Of a stretch of DNA of 34,019 nt, positions 18,169 through 25,892 are shown piece after piece (the stretch's first letter is position 1; every line of letters begins with the position of its first letter). The DNA lies in NCBI GenBank assembly GCA_964437155.1, contig CAYTFT010000001.1:1-34019 (forward strand), written 5' to 3'. A program made the position numbers and the translations under genes. This DNA comes from an uncultured Chitinophagales bacterium. Its GTDB lineage: Bacteria; Bacteroidota; Bacteroidia; Chitinophagales; BACL12. The notes under the pieces are model-generated. The model searched no databases. It was not told the DNA's origin and saw only the letters and a list, made by a program, of their open reading frames with translations.

Positions 18169-18993
18169 TCACCATTTCCCGAGCAGCACAAGATAGGCGA
18201 CAACAAACGGTGTTGCCAGTAAAAATGCATCAAACCGGTCGAGGAACCCGCCATGTCCGGGCAAAATGGTCCCGCTGTCTTTTATATGTATACTGCGTTT
18301 GAACATGGATTCCACCAGGTCGCCGGCAGTGCCGAAAATCACAACGATGAGCGCCATCCCTGCCAGTTCGGGAATGGTCATTTCGGTATACCAGATATGT
18401 ATTACAAATGACGATGCAATTGTGAAGACCATCCCGCCAAAAAATCCTTCCCAGGTTTTTTTGGGTGATATGCGTTCGAATAATTTATGTTTTCCGATCG
18501 CCATGCCCGTAAAATATGCCATCGTATCGTTTGTCCATATCATCAGCAGCATAATAAGTGTGGTAATTCCGCTGAATCCGTTATGCAGCGTTAATACATA
18601 TAACAGGCTGACGGGTAAAACGATATATAAAAATGCAGTAAGCTGAATACCTGCATGTAAAAGCGGTTTCTCGTTTTTTCTCCAGAGTTCGCTGATAAAT
18701 ACGAGTGAAAATGCAGGAATAAGAAATGGCCATAACATGATCTCCAGCCTTCCGGTTATTGTTCCGATCACTGCAAGCTGTATCAATATGCCTAAAGTGA
18801 TAAATGTGAATGTATGTATTCCGGGGGAGGAAAATCCTTCTATATGATTACACAGCCGGATAAATTCAGCATGCAAGGCAATGGTAAGTGCAAGAAAAAG
18901 CAGGCAATAGGTATATTCATTCCATACAACAGAGGTGATAATAACGGCGGCGCCGGCAAATGCAGTGAGTGCTCTGAGTGCTAAATTATTCAT
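18169..18993 (-). CDS. cdsA: Phosphatidate cytidylyltransferase (CDP-diglyceride synthase)
   Basis: The C-terminal signature SMFKRSIHIKDSGTILPGHGGFLDRFD and a polytopic membrane profile. Confidence 0.92.
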   Translation of the reverse strand: MNNLALRALTAFAGAAVIITSVVWNEYTYCLLFLALTIALHAEFIRLCNHIEGFSSPGIHTFTFITLGILIQLAVIGTITGRLEIMLWPFLIPAFSLVFISELWRKNEKPLLHAGIQLTAFLYIVLPVSLLYVLTLHNGFSGITTLIMLLMIWTNDTMAYFTGMAIGKHKLFERISPKKTWEGFFGGMVFTIASSFVIHIWYTEMTIPELAGMALIVVIFGTAGDLVESMFKRSIHIKDSGTILPGHGGFLDRFDAFLLATPFVVAYLVLLGKW

Positions 18994-19205
18994 TCGGGTA
19001 AATTGTAAATATAATCCAATGCTTCTTCTGCCTGTTGCCAGTGCACAAATAATTCAAATTCTCCCTGTAAAGTACCTTCGGCATAAGGGCTTTCCGTTTT
19101 GTTGAATAAAACCACAAGAATATGATTTTTTTCAAGCAGTTCCTTCAGATAATGCGCGCGGAACTTATCGGTTGTCGAATACACCATCATCCAGTCCTTC
19201 TCCAT
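18990..19205 (-). CDS. DUF2007-like small protein (putative signal-transducing fold)
   Basis: 71-aa ORF. Its stop overlaps the cdsA start as ATGA (18990-18993). Its sequence character (VYSTTDKFRAHYLKELLEKNHI ... ) resembles DUF2007, recognised by eye only. Confidence 0.65.
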   Translation of the reverse strand: MEKDWMMVYSTTDKFRAHYLKELLEKNHILVVLFNKTESPYAEGTLQGEFELFVHWQQAEEALDYIYNLPE

Positions 19206-20130
19206 CGGGAATCCTTTTGTTTTTTGATAACCGCAGGAAAGCGGCCATGAATAAAATTACAAAAGGAATTGCGATCAGCGCCGATTGCCACGACGATTCC
19301 TCTGCAATATTGCGGTCGAGTCGCCCGGTATTGATAAGAAATGTCGCGATTACAGTTACGGCATTATTAATAAAATGCGCCGCAATACTGCTCCATAAAC
19401 TGCCGCTCCAGTAAAATAAATATCCCATGAGCGCACCCAGCAGCAGCCGCGGGAAAAATCCGAAGAACTGAAAATGAATAAAGCTGAACAAAAAGGCTGT
19501 CAGCCAGATCGCAATATGCGCGTTTTTGATCCCCGACAAAAATATCTTCTGCAATACACCTCTGAAAAATAATTCTTCACCGATCGCTGCAAGCAGGGCG
19601 ATGATGCATAGATTGGTGATGAGCCCGCTTACATGTGTTGCCGAAAGTAAAACATCCGATTGCATTTTCGCCTGATCTTCCATTGCTCGCATCGATGCTT
19701 CAATAGCATGTAAACCTGCCGGCAGCGTAATGGATGTATTCCATGCATTCACGATATTAATTAAAGGTCCGCAGGATAAAATAATAAGCAATATGAGTAT
19801 CAGGGAAACAAGGGGAATTTTTTTTAATTGCAGAGAACTGATTATCGCATCACCACGCAGATATAAAATAAAACATCCGATCACAATAAACCTTCCGAAA
19901 GATGTGATCGTTTGAAATAATTTTAAAGCATTTACCTGGTCTTTCGTTACCGCATCCACCGATGTTATTGAATCGAAAGAAGTAATAAAAGTGAGAAATT
20001 GCATTCCGGGATATAGCAACCCGATGACAGCAAGAGCCAGTTGCAGAAAAATAAACTCACCGATCAGGTATACGCCGGCCAGAATGAAGAGTTGTCCGAT
20101 CCAGTGAATATGCCTGATACTGCCCTTCAT
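19165..20130 (-). CDS. CPBP family intramembrane metalloprotease (CAAX prenyl protease-like, Abi)
   Basis: Signature motifs EELFFRGVLQ, FSFIHF and HFINN within a polytopic membrane protein. Confidence 0.85.
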   Translation of the reverse strand: MKGSIRHIHWIGQLFILAGVYLIGEFIFLQLALAVIGLLYPGMQFLTFITSFDSITSVDAVTKDQVNALKLFQTITSFGRFIVIGCFILYLRGDAIISSLQLKKIPLVSLILILLIILSCGPLINIVNAWNTSITLPAGLHAIEASMRAMEDQAKMQSDVLLSATHVSGLITNLCIIALLAAIGEELFFRGVLQKIFLSGIKNAHIAIWLTAFLFSFIHFQFFGFFPRLLLGALMGYLFYWSGSLWSSIAAHFINNAVTVIATFLINTGRLDRNIAEESSWQSALIAIPFVILFMAAFLRLSKNKRIPDGEGLDDGVFDNR

Positions 20131-20317
20131 AGAGAGTTTTGTAATTTTGCGCTAAGTTAAGGTAAAAGCTACATGCTGCATGATGCGAAGGTTATAGAAG
20201 GCGTTTCGGCACGCGGCATGAAAATAAAACCCTGAAAAAAATCTTTTAATAGTGCAGCTGAACAAATTGCTTTACACAGTACATTCATTACCGGAACAAT
20301 TGATCACCGGAAAATAA

Positions 20318-21325
20318 ATGGTTAAAATTTCCAATATATCGCTTCCTGATTTTCCATTGCTGCTCGCACCAATGGAAGATGTTTCTGATCCTCCGTTCCG
20401 TGTCATCTGCAAGGAACTGGGTGCCGATATGTTGTATACCGAATTCATTTCTACCGAGGGCCTCATCCGCAACGCGGCAAAAAGCGTAAAGAAACTTGAA
20501 TTTTATGAGCAGGAGCGTCCCGTTGGCATTCAGATATTCGGAGCAGATATTGAGGTGATGGAAGGGTGTGTGGATATGATCACGGAAGTGGGTCCCGATC
20601 TCATCGATATTAATTTCGGATGTCCGGTAAAAAAAGTGGTTTGCAAAGATGCGGGTGCCGGAATTTTAAGAGATGTTCCCCGTATGATCCGTCTCACGGA
20701 ATCGATTGTAAAACGATCAAAATTACCGGTGACGGTGAAAACGCGATTGGGTTGGGATGATAATTCAAAAAACATTGTGGAAGTAGCTGAGCGGTTACAG
20801 GATGTTGGCATTGCAGCCCTTACGATTCACGGCCGCACACGCGCGCAAATGTATAAGGGTAATGCCGACTGGACATTGATAGCAGCGGTAAAAAATAATC
20901 CTAAAATGCACATTCCTGTTTTCGGTAACGGCGATATTGATTCTCCGCAGAAAGCACTCGAATATAAAAACAGATATGGTGTTGATGGTATTATGATCGG
21001 CCGCGCCGCAATCGGTTATCCGTGGATATTCAATGAAATAAAACATTTTCTCGCAACCGGAAATGAATTAGCACCTCCCTCAATAGAAAACCGGATTGAT
21101 ATTTGCCGGCGCCATTTAATTAAATCGATAGAATGGAAGGGACCCGTGCTCGGTATTCTTGAAATGCGTCGCCATTATGCGAATTACTTTAAGGGGCTAC
21201 CGGATATAAAGCAATTCAAAAATGAACTGGTTACGGCAAATACACTGGAGGAAATTGATGCTGTTTTTGCTAAAATATATGATACATTTTCTGTTCTGGA
21301 AAATGCAGGTCAGATTCCTTTTTAA
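20318..21325 (+). CDS. dusB: tRNA dihydrouridine synthase
   Basis: LAPMEDVSDPPFR, DINFGCPVKKV, TVKTRLGWD, LTIHGRTRAQMY and GNGDI motifs. Confidence 0.93.
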   Translation: MVKISNISLPDFPLLLAPMEDVSDPPFRVICKELGADMLYTEFISTEGLIRNAAKSVKKLEFYEQERPVGIQIFGADIEVMEGCVDMITEVGPDLIDINFGCPVKKVVCKDAGAGILRDVPRMIRLTESIVKRSKLPVTVKTRLGWDDNSKNIVEVAERLQDVGIAALTIHGRTRAQMYKGNADWTLIAAVKNNPKMHIPVFGNGDIDSPQKALEYKNRYGVDGIMIGRAAIGYPWIFNEIKHFLATGNELAPPSIENRIDICRRHLIKSIEWKGPVLGILEMRRHYANYFKGLPDIKQFKNELVTANTLEEIDAVFAKIYDTFSVLENAGQIPF

Positions 21326-21631
21326 TTTTAAAATCTCCATTTACGTTTGTTTTTTTTTATCTGGATTTGTTTTTTCATCAAAGCCGTTTCCATTTCGAGG
21401 GATATTATTTTTTTAAATTATTTTTTATTCATACTCAGGGCTTATAAATGCACATTCTATTCTACGTGTAGTTTAACAATTTTGAATCGCAACCATTATG
21501 GAAGATTGGCTAGTTCTGTAAATTGTTGTGTTTCCATTCTAGCCTAAATCTGAATGGAATTCTCCGCAAGTCTGATTTGCTTTTGCCCAATCCACAATAT
21601 CTCCTACCTTTACCCGTCTAAACCACATACC

Positions 21632-22195
21632 ATGTATCTTATCCCGTTAATCATTCTGATTGTTGTTATCCTGATCGTTATCGGATTATACAACTCCCTT
21701 ATTAACCGTAAAAATCAGGTTGAAAATGCATTCGGAAGTATCGACGCCATGCTCAAAAAGCGGTTCGACCTCATTCCGAATCTCGTAGAAACAGTGAAGC
21801 AATACATGACCTACGAAAAGGATACACTTACGAAGATCGTCGAATTGCGCAATACTGTTCAGCAAAATCCCGGTATGCCGGCACAGGAAAGGATAGGCGT
21901 TGAGAACCAGCTCACCGGATTGCTTTCCAATTTGCGTGTAGCGGTAGAAAACTATCCGGACCTGAAGGCGAACAGCAGTTTCATTCAATTACAGTCCACC
22001 TGGACCGAGATCGAAGAGCAACTTTCTGCAGCACGCAGAACATATAATGCTGCCATTACCAGTTATAATAATACGGTAGAAATGTTCCCGACCAATATCA
22101 TGGCGCGCATGATGCATTATCAGCGCAAAGAGGTGCTGAAGATCGAAGAGGCAGAACGCAAGAACGTTTCAGCAAAGGATCTTTTTAATAAATAA
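21632..22195 (+). CDS. lemA: LemA family protein
   Basis: Starting at the internal ATG 21632 gives the typical N-terminal TM helix (MYLIPLIILIVVILIVIGLY), then NSLINRKNQVENAFGSIDAMLKKRFDLIPNLVETVK. The ORF-track start at 21554 adds an atypical 26-aa extension. Confidence 0.88.
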   Translation: MYLIPLIILIVVILIVIGLYNSLINRKNQVENAFGSIDAMLKKRFDLIPNLVETVKQYMTYEKDTLTKIVELRNTVQQNPGMPAQERIGVENQLTGLLSNLRVAVENYPDLKANSSFIQLQSTWTEIEEQLSAARRTYNAAITSYNNTVEMFPTNIMARMMHYQRKEVLKIEEAERKNVSAKDLFNK

Positions 22196-22251
22196 TAACA
22201 AACTTTTTTTCAACCGGATCGTTAATCATTCACAAAACATAAATACATAAA

Positions 22252-22932
22252 ATGATAGGAGCTTATATTATCGGAATTCTGTTCGCCGTAGTGGGTATGA
22301 TCGTAAGCGGCGTCTTAAGAAGTAAATTCAAAAAATATTCGGAGATCCCCGTAAAAGGCGGCCTCACCGGGCGCGATATTGCAGAAAGAATGCTGCGCGA
22401 GAACGGCATCAACGATGTACAGGTTATTTCAGTTGCCGGTATGCTTACCGACCATTATAATCCGGTGAACAAAACGGTAAACCTGAGTGAAGGCGTGTAT
22501 AATTCTAACAGCATTGCTGCTGCTGCAGTTGCTGCACACGAATGCGGCCATGCCGTTCAGCATGCCACAGCCTATTCATGGCTCACCCTCCGCAGTAAAA
22601 TGGTGCCCGTTGTGAGTATTTCCTCCCAGTGGGTAATGTGGATCATCCTCGCCGGTATTCTCCTTGTGAATTCAGTTGGTACAACCCTTTTACTCGCAGG
22701 GATCATATTGTTCGGCATCACCACTTTGTTCTCCTTTATTACACTGCCGGTGGAAATTGATGCCAGCAACCGCGCAATTGCATGGCTGGAAGGCTCAACA
22801 GTGGCGGGTTCCATGGAAATGGGAAAAGCAAAAGATGCATTGCGCTGGGCAGGATACACTTACGTGGTGGCAGCCCTCGGTTCGTTGGCAACCCTGATCT
22901 ATTATATAATGATCTACATGGGCAGGAGATAA
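22252..22932 (+). CDS. Membrane zinc metallopeptidase, YugP/PF04298-like
   Basis: N-terminal TM helix, HYNPVNKTVNLSEGVY, HExxH as AAHECGHAVQH, and C-terminal TM helices. Confidence 0.88.
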   Translation: MIGAYIIGILFAVVGMIVSGVLRSKFKKYSEIPVKGGLTGRDIAERMLRENGINDVQVISVAGMLTDHYNPVNKTVNLSEGVYNSNSIAAAAVAAHECGHAVQHATAYSWLTLRSKMVPVVSISSQWVMWIILAGILLVNSVGTTLLLAGIILFGITTLFSFITLPVEIDASNRAIAWLEGSTVAGSMEMGKAKDALRWAGYTYVVAALGSLATLIYYIMIYMGRR

Positions 22933-22961
22933 AAAATATTGCCAAAATTTTACTGAAAATC

Positions 22962-22992
22962 AGCGAGTTACGAAGGTGGCTCGCTTTTTTTT
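22962..22992 (+). terminator. Intrinsic terminator after the zinc peptidase gene
   Basis: AGCGAG ... CTCGCT stem followed by a run of seven T. Confidence 0.65.
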
Positions 22993-23003
22993 ATTGAAAT
23001 CCC

Positions 23004-23034
23004 TTGGATTCGAAAGGGTATAAATCTATCTTTG
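23004..23034 (+). promoter_or_regulatory. Bacteroidota-type promoter of the rplM-rpsI-rpsB operon
   Basis: TTG at 23004-23006, a 20-nt spacer, then an exact TAnnTTTG (TATCTTTG) at 23027-23034. Confidence 0.55.
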
Positions 23035-23082
23035 CTGCCCCGAATTAAACGGGGATTAAAAACAGACTTAAAAAGTTATACA

Positions 23083-23526
23083 GTGGATACATTAAGTTAT
23101 AGGACCAAATCAGCCAACGCTGCGACAGTTACGCACGACTGGATCCTGATTGATGCCGCAGACCAGACCCTGGGCCGACTGAGCACCCGGGTTGCTGCCA
23201 TCTTAAGAGGTAAGAATAAACCTTACTTCACCCCGCATACCGATTGCGGCGATTATGTGATCATCATCAATGCCGAGAAAGTAAAAATGACCGGTAAAAA
23301 GATGCTGGAAAAAGAGATCGACTGGTATACCGGTTATCCCGGTGGCCGTAAGGTGGCAAACCCTAAAACGGTTCTCGCCAAAGCACCTGAGAAATTGCTG
23401 GAGCGTTCTATCAAAGGAATGTTACCGCATAACAAACTCGGTAGTGCGATGTATAAAAAATTATTTGTGTATGCCGGAAACGAACATCCGCATGCTGCAC
23501 AAAAACCTAAAACAATCAAATTTTAA
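23083..23526 (+). CDS. rplM: 50S ribosomal protein L13
   Basis: DWILIDAADQTLGRLSTRVAAILRGKNKPYFTPHTDCGDYVIIINAEKV. I prefer the GTG start at 23083 (VDTLSYRT...) because the ORF-track TTG at 23032 lies inside the predicted -7 box. Confidence 0.9.
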   Translation: MDTLSYRTKSANAATVTHDWILIDAADQTLGRLSTRVAAILRGKNKPYFTPHTDCGDYVIIINAEKVKMTGKKMLEKEIDWYTGYPGGRKVANPKTVLAKAPEKLLERSIKGMLPHNKLGSAMYKKLFVYAGNEHPHAAQKPKTIKF

Positions 23527-23529
23527 GGC

Positions 23530-23916
23530 ATGGAAGCTATCAATGCAGTAGGAAGAAGAAAAAATGCCGTTGCGCGTGTTTTCCTGAAAAAAGGGAAAGG
23601 AAACATCATCGTGAACGGAAAGGACTATAAAGAATATTTCGCAGCAAAACATCTGTTGCACAATATCACCGATCCGCTGGAAACAGTGAATATGATGAGT
23701 GATTTTGATATCACGGTGAATGCTACCGGCGGCGGTGTTAAGGGCCAGGCCGAAGCAGTGAAAATGGGGATCTCCCGGTGCCTCGTGAAACTGAACGAGG
23801 AACTGAAACCCGCTCTCAGAGCGAAAGGTTTTCTCACACGCGACAGCCGTATGGTCGAAAGGAAAAAATTCGGTCTTCACGGAGCACGTCGTGCAACACA
23901 ATTCTCTAAACGTTAA
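23530..23916 (+). CDS. rpsI: 30S ribosomal protein S9
   Basis: GRRKNAVARV, GGGVKGQAEAVKMGISR and the C-terminal RDSRMVERKKFGLHGARRATQFSKR. Confidence 0.95.
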   Translation: MEAINAVGRRKNAVARVFLKKGKGNIIVNGKDYKEYFAAKHLLHNITDPLETVNMMSDFDITVNATGGGVKGQAEAVKMGISRCLVKLNEELKPALRAKGFLTRDSRMVERKKFGLHGARRATQFSKR

Positions 23917-23934
23917 TCGAAAAGCGAACAACAG

Positions 23935-24831
23935 ATGGAAAAACTTACATATAACGAATTACTGGAAGCAGGGGTGCACTTTGGCCACTTACGTAAAAAA
24001 TGGAATCCGAAAATGCTTCCTTATATCTTCATGGAGAAGAAAGGTATCCATATCATCGATTTATATAAAACACTCGAGAAACTGGATGAAGCAGCAGCTG
24101 CTTTGAAAAATATTGCAAGAAGCGGGAAAAAAATCATGTTCGTTGCCACAAAAAAACAGGCAAAAGAGACCATGGAAGAACAGGCACGCCGCGTTGGAAT
24201 GCCTTTCGCTACTGAACGCTGGCTGGGTGGTATGCTCACCAACTTCACGACGATCCGCAAGAGCATTAAAAAATTACAAACGATCGAAAGAATGTTATCC
24301 GACGGTTCTGCCGAGAACATGACTAAAAAAGAAAGACTTGTACTCGGACGCGAACGCGATAAACTTGAAAAAGTGATCGGCGGTGTTTCCCAATTGAACC
24401 GTTTACCTGCAGCATTGCTTGTTGTGGATATTGGTCATGAACATATCGCTATCGCAGAAGCACATCGATTAAATATTCAAACCTTCGGAATGGTGGATAC
24501 GAACTGCGATCCGAATAAAGTTGATTTTGCAGTACCTGCAAACGACGACGCAGCGAAATCCATTGCCATCATTGTAAAGTATCTCACAGATGCAATCGTT
24601 GAAGGATTAGATGAGCGCGCAAAGAACAAAGAAGAACTGGAAGAATCACGCCCTGACAATTCTGATGAAACAAGTGAGGAGCATGAATCTCGTTTACGCG
24701 GTGAGGAGGATGAGGATGGAAAAAAGGGAAGAAAAGACGGCGGAAGATTTAGTAAACCGGGTGCAGGCGGAGGCCGCGGCGGCGACAGGAAACCGGGCGC
24801 ACGCAAGCCGATGATGCAAAAAAGAAAATAA
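23935..24831 (+). CDS. rpsB: 30S ribosomal protein S2 with a charged C-terminal extension
   Basis: LLEAGVHFGHLRKKWNPKM, ERWLGGMLTNF and VVDIGHEHIAIAEA. The tail from about 24616 is acidic, then Gly/Arg/Lys-rich. Confidence 0.95.
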   Translation: MEKLTYNELLEAGVHFGHLRKKWNPKMLPYIFMEKKGIHIIDLYKTLEKLDEAAAALKNIARSGKKIMFVATKKQAKETMEEQARRVGMPFATERWLGGMLTNFTTIRKSIKKLQTIERMLSDGSAENMTKKERLVLGRERDKLEKVIGGVSQLNRLPAALLVVDIGHEHIAIAEAHRLNIQTFGMVDTNCDPNKVDFAVPANDDAAKSIAIIVKYLTDAIVEGLDERAKNKEELEESRPDNSDETSEEHESRLRGEEDEDGKKGRKDGGRFSKPGAGGGRGGDRKPGARKPMMQKRK

Positions 24832-24854
24832 TTATTTTTCATAATCAAAATCAT

Positions 24855-24890
24855 AAAACCCTGTTTCCGCTCGACGGGACAGGGTTTTTT
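24855..24890 (+). terminator. Strong hairpin plus T-run between rpsB and tsf (terminator or attenuator)
   Basis: CCCTGT / ACAGGG outer stem and UCCG / CGGG inner stem with a CUCGA loop, followed by TTTTTT. Confidence 0.7.
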
Positions 24891-24915
24891 AAAAAAATAA
24901 AAAGAGGAAAATTAT

Positions 24916-25752
24916 ATGTCAGTAACTATTAGTGCAGGTGATGTAAATAAATTGCGCCAGATCACAGGTGCAGGAATGATGGATTGTAAAAAGGCATTGG
25001 CCGAAACAAACGGCGATTTCGATGCAGCCATCGATTATTTAAGAAAAAAAGGTCAGAAGGTAAGTGAAAAGCGTGCCGACCGCGAAACCAATGAAGGTGT
25101 TGTAATCGCAACGGTGGGTGGCAACGGATCGTTCGGAACCATATTCGGACTCGGATGTGAAACAGACTTCGTGGCTAAAAATGCAGATTATATCGAGTTT
25201 GCAAAATCTATCGCTGCCATCGCAATGGCAAATAAACCATCGGATAAAGATGCTTTGCTTGCCTTACCAATGGAAAGTATGACAGTTGCGACAAAGATCG
25301 AAGAGCAGGTTGGAAAGATCGGTGAGAAAATTGAAATAACAGATTATGCCCTCATCACCGGCGAAACTGTAATTGCCTACAACCACAGCAATGGCAAGGT
25401 GGGTGTTCTTGTTGCGCTCAATAAAAAGGGTGAAGCAATTGAAGCTGCAGGGAAAGATATTACCATGCAGATCGCAGCTATGGCTCCGGTTGCCATCGAT
25501 AAAAACGATGTACCGGAAGAGATCAAGGCGCGTGAAATGGAGATCGGTCGCGAACAGGCAAGGGCAGAAGGTAAGCCTGAAGCTATCCTCGATAAGATCG
25601 CAAACGGTAAACTGGAAGCGTATTTCAAGGATGCTACATTGCTCAACCAGAAATTCGTAAAGGATAATTCAAAATCCATTCGTGATGTTCTCGCAGGGGT
25701 TGAAAAAGACCTCACCGTGACTGCGTTCAAACGCGTTGCGCTGGGTGCCTGA
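24916..25752 (+). CDS. tsf: Translation elongation factor Ts
   Basis: N-terminal UBA-like LRQITGAGMMDCKKALAETNGDFDAAIDYLRKKG, followed by CETDFVAKN. Confidence 0.95.
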   Translation: MSVTISAGDVNKLRQITGAGMMDCKKALAETNGDFDAAIDYLRKKGQKVSEKRADRETNEGVVIATVGGNGSFGTIFGLGCETDFVAKNADYIEFAKSIAAIAMANKPSDKDALLALPMESMTVATKIEEQVGKIGEKIEITDYALITGETVIAYNHSNGKVGVLVALNKKGEAIEAAGKDITMQIAAMAPVAIDKNDVPEEIKAREMEIGREQARAEGKPEAILDKIANGKLEAYFKDATLLNQKFVKDNSKSIRDVLAGVEKDLTVTAFKRVALGA

Positions 25753-25775
25753 CATGGATGCTAACGAATACGAAT

Positions 25776-25798
25776 ACCCGGTGAACAGCCGGGTTTTT
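25776..25798 (+). terminator. Intrinsic terminator after tsf
   Basis: ACCCGG-TGAACAG-CCGGGT followed by TTTT. Confidence 0.65.
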
Positions 25799-25892
25799 CC
25801 TGTACTGTAGACAGACGATGTGCAAAGGTTAACATATGGAAGCAGAAAATCCTTTACCTTTATATTCCCGAAACACAGATTTTTTTAAAGGC

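Noticed and set aside
18152-18169. CCCGGAAGCAGGC resembles the GGAAGCAGCC core of SRP (4.5S) RNA domain IV.
   Set aside because: Only a short partial match. It lacks the paired GGAA/AGCA symmetric and asymmetric loops and the flanking helix. It also abuts the cdsA stop codon. More likely a simple post-stop hairpin.
20142-20149. Exact TAATTTTG -7 box in the CPBP/dusB divergent region as the dusB promoter.
   Set aside because: There is no TTG at the expected -33 spacing and it sits about 170 nt upstream of the dusB ATG. It directly abuts the CPBP start codon. Kept only as a weak possibility.
20173-20235. 20-codon ORF (MLHDAKVIEGVSARGMKIKP) in the CPBP/dusB intergenic region as a possible leader peptide or small protein.
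   Set aside because: No ribosome-binding or promoter signal and no distinctive composition. ORFs of this size are expected by chance.
21347-21547. 66-aa hydrophobic ORF (MFFFIWICFFIK...) in the dusB-lemA gap as a small membrane protein.
   Set aside because: Its hydrophobicity comes from translating T-runs (Phe/Ile/Leu codons). It is Cys-rich and irregular, with no start context. Treated as an artefact, although the gap itself is flagged.
21554-21631. Longer ORF-track starts for lemA (21554), the SBBP cargo (25836) and the small secreted protein (17336).
   Set aside because: In each case an internal ATG yields a canonical TM helix or signal peptide right at the N-terminus. For the 17336 start, the internal ATG also removes an overlap with psd. 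The upstream extensions have no signal-peptide or family character.
23032-23082. ORF-track TTG start for rplM, giving a 17-aa N-terminal extension (MLPRIKRGLKTDLKSYT).
   Set aside because: The TTG lies inside the predicted -7 promoter box (23027-23034). The extension is basic and non-conserved-looking. L13 homology begins at the GTG at 23083.
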